Of a stretch of DNA of 64,000 nt, positions 57,795 to 64,000 are shown one piece after another. This DNA is from Candidatus Doudnabacteria bacterium (GTDB lineage: Bacteria > Patescibacteriota > Doudnabacteria > UBA920 > 2-01-FULL-46-14). The stretch covers positions 143,672 to 207,671 of the forward strand of contig JBGQGB010000001.1 in the NCBI GenBank assembly GCA_041497195.1, in the 5' to 3' direction. The notes below the pieces were generated by a model. It searched no databases. It was not told the DNA's origin and was given only the letters and a program-made list of their open reading frames with translations. How positions within the stretch are numbered: the stretch's first letter is position 1; every line of letters starts with the position of its first letter. A program made the position numbers and the translations under genes.

Positions 57795-58661
57795 TTATAC
57801 TTTATTTCTTATCAGGGAATCAATGACAATGGCCACGCTCAGCATCGTGATCACGATCAACGAAAACTGGAACATCTGCCGCGCCCAGAGTTTGTCGTTG
57901 ATATTCTTCCTAAATCCTTGGAGGCACAAACCCACCCAAACACAGCCAAACACAAGAGCGACTACGAAATATATCAGCCCAGCGAACTTAAACGTGAACA
58001 GCAACGTCGTCGCAATGATAAAACCGAGAAGATATCCAAGCATGTTAACTTTGGTCAGCCAAATCCCCGACTTTGCGGGCAACACCGGAATCCCAGCGGT
58101 CCGATAATCATCGAGTCGGCGAATTGCAATGGCATAGAAGTGGGGCATTTGCCAAAACACCAGGATCAGAAATAGTAATAAAGCTCTGAGGTCGAACTGA
58201 TTGGTCACGGCCGTGTAGCCGACCACAGGCGGAACCGCGCCGGAAATCGCACCTACCAGCGTGCCATGAGGCGAGCGACGCTTGAGAAACGTGTAGATGG
58301 GCACATAAAAAATAAACCCGCCGAGCGCGGTCGTGAGAGCCAAGAGGTTGGTCCAAAAACCCAAAACCGCACAGCCAACCAGTAGCAGAACGGCTCCAAA
58401 AATTACCGCACTGTGAGGCGAAACTGCGCCTCGGGTGAGGGCGCGGTTTTTGGTTCGGTCCATTTTGCCGTCAATATCGCGATCCATCAAATTATTAAAC
58501 ACGCACGCGGATGCGATGACGAACGAGATGCCCAGTAACGTAGCCATAAGCGACAACCAGTTGATGTGACCCTGGGCTGCCAAGAAAAAACCGGCAACCG
58601 TGGTTACGGCATTACCGTAAATGATTCCCGGCTTGGTAAGTTGGTAATAAATTTTCATCAT
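57795..58661 (-). CDS. cyoE: Heme o synthase (protoheme IX farnesyltransferase)
   Basis: LTKPGI, DRDIDGKMDRTKNR, FWQMPHF, DYRTAGIPVLP. Confidence 0.96.
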   Translation of the reverse strand: MMKIYYQLTKPGIIYGNAVTTVAGFFLAAQGHINWLSLMATLLGISFVIASACVFNNLMDRDIDGKMDRTKNRALTRGAVSPHSAVIFGAVLLLVGCAVLGFWTNLLALTTALGGFIFYVPIYTFLKRRSPHGTLVGAISGAVPPVVGYTAVTNQFDLRALLLFLILVFWQMPHFYAIAIRRLDDYRTAGIPVLPAKSGIWLTKVNMLGYLLGFIIATTLLFTFKFAGLIYFVVALVFGCVWVGLCLQGFRKNINDKLWARQMFQFSLIVITMLSVAIVIDSLIRNKV

Positions 58662-59006
58662 TTAAAAGCCGCCGTTCTGCTCCATTAGGTAGTTGTTCAC
58701 GTCCTGCGGGGTCATGTTGTAATTCAGATTACTCATAATCCAGAGTGAGCCGCCGACTACGACCGCAATGGCTAACACAGTGAAGAGAAAAACCCAAAGC
58801 TTCGATTTGGCCCCAAGACCTTGCCCCAAATGCAAGAAGAAAATCAACTGAACATACAACTGGATTATGGCCATTGTCACGATAGTGAAAATCAAACCCG
58901 AACCCACGAGCAAATGTTTGACCGCGAACAGATACGCGGCAATGGTCAGCAGCAGGGACAAAATAAATCCAACCACGTATGAAATGAGGGCCTTGAAATT
59001 TTTCAT
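58662..59006 (-). CDS. cyoD: Cytochrome o ubiquinol oxidase subunit IV
   Basis: GFILSLLLT, QLYVQLIFFLHL, GSLWIMSNLNYNM; start MKNFK. Confidence 0.93.
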   Translation of the reverse strand: MKNFKALISYVVGFILSLLLTIAAYLFAVKHLLVGSGLIFTIVTMAIIQLYVQLIFFLHLGQGLGAKSKLWVFLFTVLAIAVVVGGSLWIMSNLNYNMTPQDVNNYLMEQNGGF

Positions 59007-59575
59007 CTTGCCGCTCCTAGCAGATACACAATAGTAAAGATAAAAATCCATACAATATCCAAAAAGTGCCAAAATAAACTCAAACTGGTCAGTTTCCGAA
59101 TATTCCCCGGCGTCAAACCTCGACTGTTCACCCGAATTAGCAAAATAATCATCCACACCAGGCCGAACACGATATGCAAACCGTGCGTGCCAACCAGAGT
59201 AAAGAATGAGGAAAGAAAGGCGCTGCGCTGAAAACTATTGCCCTCTACTATCAGATGCCAAAACTCGCTGATTTCCAAGACGAGGAATGATAAACCCAAG
59301 ATAAAGGTCGTGCCAAACCACATGACCACTTTATTTTTGTCCTGGCGCGCGAGCGCTAGCATGCCTAAGCCCGTCGTAAAACTGCTGGTGAGCAAAATAA
59401 TGGTTTCCGCCAAAACCAGGAGTCCGTTAAAGATATCGCGCTGAGCCGGACCGCCGAACGTGTTGCTCCGCAACACCGCGTACGTGGCGAAAAGCGCGGC
59501 AAACATTAACAGGTCAGTCATCAGATAGACCCAAAATCCGAAAATAGTTTTCTCGTTCGAATCGTGCTTATCCAC
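59003..59575 (-). CDS. cyoC: Cytochrome o ubiquinol oxidase subunit III
   Basis: [30 protein letters not shown]; GTG start after AGGAG. Confidence 0.95.
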   Translation of the reverse strand: MDKHDSNEKTIFGFWVYLMTDLLMFAALFATYAVLRSNTFGGPAQRDIFNGLLVLAETIILLTSSFTTGLGMLALARQDKNKVVMWFGTTFILGLSFLVLEISEFWHLIVEGNSFQRSAFLSSFFTLVGTHGLHIVFGLVWMIILLIRVNSRGLTPGNIRKLTSLSLFWHFLDIVWIFIFTIVYLLGAAR

Positions 59576-61538
59576 GGTGATTTCTCCTGGCTTCAATTTT
59601 GGCAACTTCCGCCGCCGGTATGACATATTCGGTATCTTCATCAAATGACCTGACAATCAGGCAGACGACGGCGCCGATAATACTCGCCAGAATCAGCCAG
59701 AGGATGTGCCAGACCATGGCAAACCCAAACAGAAGGGCAAACCCCGACAGATATATTCCCGCGGCCGTATTTTTGGGCATCACAATATCTTCGTATTTGG
59801 CCGCGGGTTGCTCCTGGGATTGTTTCATCTCCCAAAACGCATCGCGCGAGGTAATTTTTGGGATCACGGCGAAATTATAAACGGGTGGCGGTGATGAGAT
59901 TGACCATTCCAGCGTCCGGCCGTTCCACGGATCCCCGGTCGCGTCCACATTTTCTTTGCGCTGCTTGATACTGACAATAATTTGCAATATTTGGAGAGCC
60001 GCGCCGAAGCCAATAATGACGATGCCGCATGCCGCCACTATAAACAAACCTTGCCAGCCCGTAGACGCATCATAGTGGTCCAGGCGGCGGGTAGCACCCA
60101 TAAATCCCAAAATATAGAGTGGCAAGAAAGAGACAAAAAATCCGATAATCCAGGACCAAAACGCGTATTTACCCAAGCGTTCATTGAGCCGAAACCCCGT
60201 TACCTTCGGAAACCAATAAGTGATACCCGCAAAAATCCCGAAGAGTGCGCCTCCGATGACCATTGTGTGAAAATGCGCGACCAAAAACAACGTGTTATGC
60301 ACCTCAAAATCGACTCCCGGAATTCCCATTAATACTCCCGCCATGCCGCCCAAGGTAAAGGTAAAAACAAAGCCGATGAACCAATGCATGACTGATCCGA
60401 ATATGATTCGTCCCCGATACATGGTCGCCAGCCAATTGAAGACCTGGACACCAGTGGGGATCGCGATCACCATGGTCATAATCCCGAAAAAGGCATTGAC
60501 GTCCGCCCCGGCGCCCATCGTGAAGAAATGGTGAAGCCACACCAAACCGGACAGCAACGTGATGCCAACTGCCGCGCCTATCATGGATTTATAGCCAAAC
60601 AATCGCTTCTGGCTGAACGTCGCAACGATTTCTGAATAGATCCCAAATGACGGGAGCATGAGAATGTATACCTCCGGATGGCCCCACGTCCAGATGAGAC
60701 TGACATAGAGCATGGGGTTCCCGCCGCCGCCGGCGGTAAAGAAATGCATGCCGAACATCCGGTCCAAAGACAAGAGCAAAAGGGCGATAGCGAGAATGGG
60801 GAAAGCGGAGAGTACGAGGACCATGCTGCACAGGGATGTCCACACGAACATAGGCATTTTCATCAGAGTCATTCCCGGTGCGCGCATCTTCAAAATGGTC
60901 ACCAGAAAATTAATACCCGAGAGCAAACTCCCGAGCCCTGAGATCTGCAAACTCCATATCCAATAATCCACTCCCACGCCCGGACTGTAGGCGAGCTCTG
61001 AAAGGGGCGGGATGGCCAACCAGCCGGTCGCGGCAAATTGCCCGCCAAATACAAAAAATAAATTAATGAGCGCGGCACCGGCCACATAGAGCCAGAAACT
61101 CAAAGTGTTCAAGAGCGGAAAGGCCACGTCGCGTGCTCCAATTTGGATCGGCATTATATAATTCATCAGCCCAAACAAAAACCCCATAGTCACGAAAAAA
61201 ATCATGATGGAGCCGTGAGCCGTAAAAATCTGCTGAAAATGATTGGGGCTCAAATACCCGTGGGAGTTTCCGACTGAAAGAGACTGTTGCAGCCAGATCA
61301 TGAGGGCATCGAGCCCGCCGCGGAAGAGCATCAGCGAAGCGACGACTATGTACATTATCCCGATTTTTTTCGGGTCAGTTGAAGTCAGCCAATCCCGCCA
61401 AAGCCAGCGCCAGCGTTTGTAGTAAGTAACCAATGCGACCGCGGACAAACCGCCCAGAAACAACGCAGCGGTTCCTGCGATTGTGAACCACTCGTGTGGC
61501 AGCGCGTCCAAAGTTAGTTTTCCAAAAAACCAGCTCAT
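59568..61538 (-). CDS. cyoB: Cytochrome o ubiquinol oxidase subunit I
   Basis: TAHG, WGHPEVY, WLHHFF, AHFH; quinol-site residues in FRGGLD and NHFQQ. Confidence 0.97.
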   Translation of the reverse strand: MSWFFGKLTLDALPHEWFTIAGTAALFLGGLSAVALVTYYKRWRWLWRDWLTSTDPKKIGIMYIVVASLMLFRGGLDALMIWLQQSLSVGNSHGYLSPNHFQQIFTAHGSIMIFFVTMGFLFGLMNYIMPIQIGARDVAFPLLNTLSFWLYVAGAALINLFFVFGGQFAATGWLAIPPLSELAYSPGVGVDYWIWSLQISGLGSLLSGINFLVTILKMRAPGMTLMKMPMFVWTSLCSMVLVLSAFPILAIALLLLSLDRMFGMHFFTAGGGGNPMLYVSLIWTWGHPEVYILMLPSFGIYSEIVATFSQKRLFGYKSMIGAAVGITLLSGLVWLHHFFTMGAGADVNAFFGIMTMVIAIPTGVQVFNWLATMYRGRIIFGSVMHWFIGFVFTFTLGGMAGVLMGIPGVDFEVHNTLFLVAHFHTMVIGGALFGIFAGITYWFPKVTGFRLNERLGKYAFWSWIIGFFVSFLPLYILGFMGATRRLDHYDASTGWQGLFIVAACGIVIIGFGAALQILQIIVSIKQRKENVDATGDPWNGRTLEWSISSPPPVYNFAVIPKITSRDAFWEMKQSQEQPAAKYEDIVMPKNTAAGIYLSGFALLFGFAMVWHILWLILASIIGAVVCLIVRSFDEDTEYVIPAAEVAKIEARRNHRG

Positions 61539-62425
61539 GGCGTTCCTCCCATTTCCATATCGGGCACCATAAATTTCATCATAACTGAACGATACAAACC
61601 GAATTGCGCTGAAGAATAGTACGCAACCGGGTTGTCAGTACTCGGGGCGGCAAGCATCTCGTATTGAGCCATATCTAGTGTGGCTGGTGTTTGTTTGACC
61701 GTAGAAACCCAATGCTCAAAATCAGCTTGGGTCGAAGCGACAGCCATAAACTTCATCCCGGAAAATCCCAGGCCGTTTATCTCCGCGGCCGAGCCGTTGA
61801 ATTCCCCGGGGGCGTTAGCCTCGAGGTGAAGCCGTGTCGACATCCCGGGCATTGCATACATCTGGCCACCGAGTTGGGGTATCCAAAATGAATTCATCGG
61901 GGCATCAGCCGTTAATTGAAAATTGACGGGCGTGCCGCTCGGGAACTGGACAAAGTTAACAGTCGCGATATTTTGTTCCGGGTAAATAAACAACCATTTC
62001 CACCGCAGTGCCACAACTTGAATCGTGATCGGTTTGACGCTGGAATTAAGTGGTTTCAACGGGTCTAATTCGTGAGTACTTTTCCAATTGATTATTGCCA
62101 GCACGAAAATTAGGGACATCAGGATTCCCCAAAACGTAAGTTGGGTTCCAATATTATCATCCAAGTTGGGTGTATACCTGGCTTTTTTGTTGCTGGCTCG
62201 ATACTTCCAGGCTATATAAACCAACGAGGCAAATACTGGTACGACCACTAGGAGCATCAAAAGAGTTGCCGTCACGAGTAGGTTGCGTTCAGACCCCGAA
62301 ATCGGGCCCTTCGGGTTAAGGACCGCGAAATTGTGCCCGCGCACGAGGAGAAACAGCAAGAAAGCCAAACCGGCCAAGACCAGAAAAATTACTAGGAATT
62401 TGTACTTTTGGTATCTGGAACTCAT
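61535..62425 (-). CDS. cyoA: Cytochrome o ubiquinol oxidase subunit II
   Basis: [39 protein letters not shown]; no CuA cysteines; start MSSRY after TGGTATAAT. Confidence 0.95.
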   Translation of the reverse strand: MSSRYQKYKFLVIFLVLAGLAFLLFLLVRGHNFAVLNPKGPISGSERNLLVTATLLMLLVVVPVFASLVYIAWKYRASNKKARYTPNLDDNIGTQLTFWGILMSLIFVLAIINWKSTHELDPLKPLNSSVKPITIQVVALRWKWLFIYPEQNIATVNFVQFPSGTPVNFQLTADAPMNSFWIPQLGGQMYAMPGMSTRLHLEANAPGEFNGSAAEINGLGFSGMKFMAVASTQADFEHWVSTVKQTPATLDMAQYEMLAAPSTDNPVAYYSSAQFGLYRSVMMKFMVPDMEMGGTP

Positions 62426-62686
62426 CTGATTTATCTCTGATAAATTATACCATTTTCTCAATTTTTTTGATATTAAAAAATCGTAGTCATCATATTTGAA
62501 AAATTTAGCCGCGCCAGGTCGCATACGCAGAGTTGGCAGTCAATCATCGCAAAAAAAACACCTCTTAGACAATTTCCTTGTTTGGGTCACCTGGGAACGG
62601 TGTTTGGACCTTTTTACAATCAGCTGACTAAATTTGCTGCTCCAGGGTCCAATTGTGAAGGTTGTCGGAAAAATGTTTAGCTTAAT

Positions 62687-64000
62687 CTAAAGGATTGGCT
62701 CAGGCGGTTTGGAAAGTTCCAAATGGTTCAAATTTTGATTACTGCTTTGTAAACCCCCTGACACAAACTGGCCTTCTAAAATATATTTTTGGCTATATTG
62801 AACGCTGTCAATTCCGCTACCAATGACTGGCAAATCATAGCTAGTTATGATTCCTGAGGATTCATCAGAAAAAATTGCGTAGCCGTTCACTCTTTTTAAC
62901 ATGTAGCCCTGTACCTTAACAGTCTGATTAAGAAAATTACTAGGGTGATGCGTCACGCTGCCGATTGTATTAAGAGGTAATGTTGCCGCACTCGTATCAC
63001 TAGTAGATTGTAAACGCTTGATAATATCCAATCCATCCGGAATGTTCAGCTGGCCAAGACTGTTACCAGGCTTCCCAGTCACTCCATACTGCCAGACAAT
63101 CTGTTTAGTTTGTTTATCAATTACAATCACGCGATGATTAAAGTCATCGTTGGCAAGAATGTTGCCGTTGGGAAGTTCGATGGCCAGAGAGGGCTTATTG
63201 AGTTTTACAGTATCCCCTCCATCATACTGCCAGACAATCTGGCCTAGTTTTGAAACTTCTACCACTTGACCGGGTTTACTGTAATCAGAAATCAAAATAT
63301 TTCCGGCCTTCGTCGGCTGTGGATCTGAAGGATACGCAACCGGCAGAGTCATAGAAAATACGGGCCTCCAATGCTCATCGAGTTCAATCAGATTGCGGCT
63401 GACAATGTTGCTGACATAAATATGTCCATTTGAAAGCGGGGTGTCGCCGTTGGGTTTATTTAAATCACCTAGCTTATCGTCGCAAACCTTGGTGTGCCCA
63501 TATTGGCGCACGATTTGTTTCTCTGGAGAAATTTCTATGACTCGGCAGTTTTTGATGTCCGCCACTATGATATCACCATTTGATAACTGATAAGCGTCAT
63601 CCGGCGTATTCAAAAATCCCGCTAGGTGTCCAGGCTTACCAGGAGTACCATAGCTCCATTTCACTTTTTTTGTTTGATAATCAATTAGTTCTATAATATG
63701 ATATTCTTCAAGATTAACGGTTACAGTCTGACCATTGTCAGTAAAAAAAGCATCGTCCGCGCCAAATCCTAGTTTAGGCAAATGAAAATCATACTCCCAA
63801 ACTATTTGTTTACCTGGCGTTACTTCTATGAGTCTGTTATTACCTCGGTCGGCAATCAGGACATTATAGCCACCCAAGGCTGAAAGATCCTTAGGCTGCA
63901 AATTTATTTCTTGGGGCGTTACCTTCACTGCTTGTGGTGGAGCGGACATTTCGTCAGTATCTGGGGAGGTATCAATATCTTCGGATTTATTATACAGAAT
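62687..64000 (-). CDS. NHL/PQQ-like beta-propeller protein with C-terminal OB-like domain, 5' end off the window
   Basis: Repeats IAD..N.R.IEV...QIVWQYG..G; frame stays open to base 64000. Confidence 0.8.
   Translation of the reverse strand: MLYNKSEDIDTSPDTDEMSAPPQAVKVTPQEINLQPKDLSALGGYNVLIADRGNNRLIEVTPGKQIVWEYDFHLPKLGFGADDAFFTDNGQTVTVNLEEYHIIELIDYQTKKVKWSYGTPGKPGHLAGFLNTPDDAYQLSNGDIIVADIKNCRVIEISPEKQIVRQYGHTKVCDDKLGDLNKPNGDTPLSNGHIYVSNIVSRNLIELDEHWRPVFSMTLPVAYPSDPQPTKAGNILISDYSKPGQVVEVSKLGQIVWQYDGGDTVKLNKPSLAIELPNGNILANDDFNHRVIVIDKQTKQIVWQYGVTGKPGNSLGQLNIPDGLDIIKRLQSTSDTSAATLPLNTIGSVTHHPSNFLNQTVKVQGYMLKRVNGYAIFSDESSGIITSYDLPVIGSGIDSVQYSQKYILEGQFVSGGLQSSNQNLNHLELSKPPEPIL

Noticed and set aside
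59007-62524. Extended N-termini of cyoA, cyoC and cyoD in the ORF track (also Clp 6525, xer 29897, HTH 46360)
   Set aside because: The extensions overlap neighbouring genes or promoters; downstream starts fit SD, -10 and coupling signals better

Overview
64 kb of bacterial chromosome (genetic code 11, mostly minus-strand genes). Gene content and style (alpha2-type glyQS, short metG, rpsO-pnp-tgt, membrane-anchored Clp paralog, repeat-rich surface protein, DUF5666) suggest Patescibacteria/CPR, possibly Doudnabacteria-like; this is inference. Bases 1-34 kb are mostly housekeeping: GT4, DedA, tRNA-Leu(CAA), glyA, tsaC, leuS, two IMPases, tatD, metG, M16 and M24 peptidases, glyQS, tgt, pnp, rpsO, a Xer recombinase, clpB with a CIRCE, and HU. 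Bases 34-40.5 kb are an operon of large orphan proteins. Bases 40.6-45.8 kb are a MacAB-type ABC exporter. Bases 46-64 kb hold small accessory genes, a CopB-type ATPase and a complete cyoABCDE operon. Best leads: (1) the bo3-type oxidase has Gln at both K-proton-channel positions; (2) a tandem array of metG 5'-end copies, and identical 5' ends on two diverged IMPase paralogs; (3) a stand-alone structured RNA candidate of about 300 nt between tgt and pnp; (4) a serine hydrolase domain inserted in LeuRS; (5) a possible -1 frameshift fusion in the orphan operon; (6) an attenuator-like leader on copB. No CRISPR array, rRNA, transposase or phage gene was seen. All homology calls come from motif recognition by eye; no searches were run.
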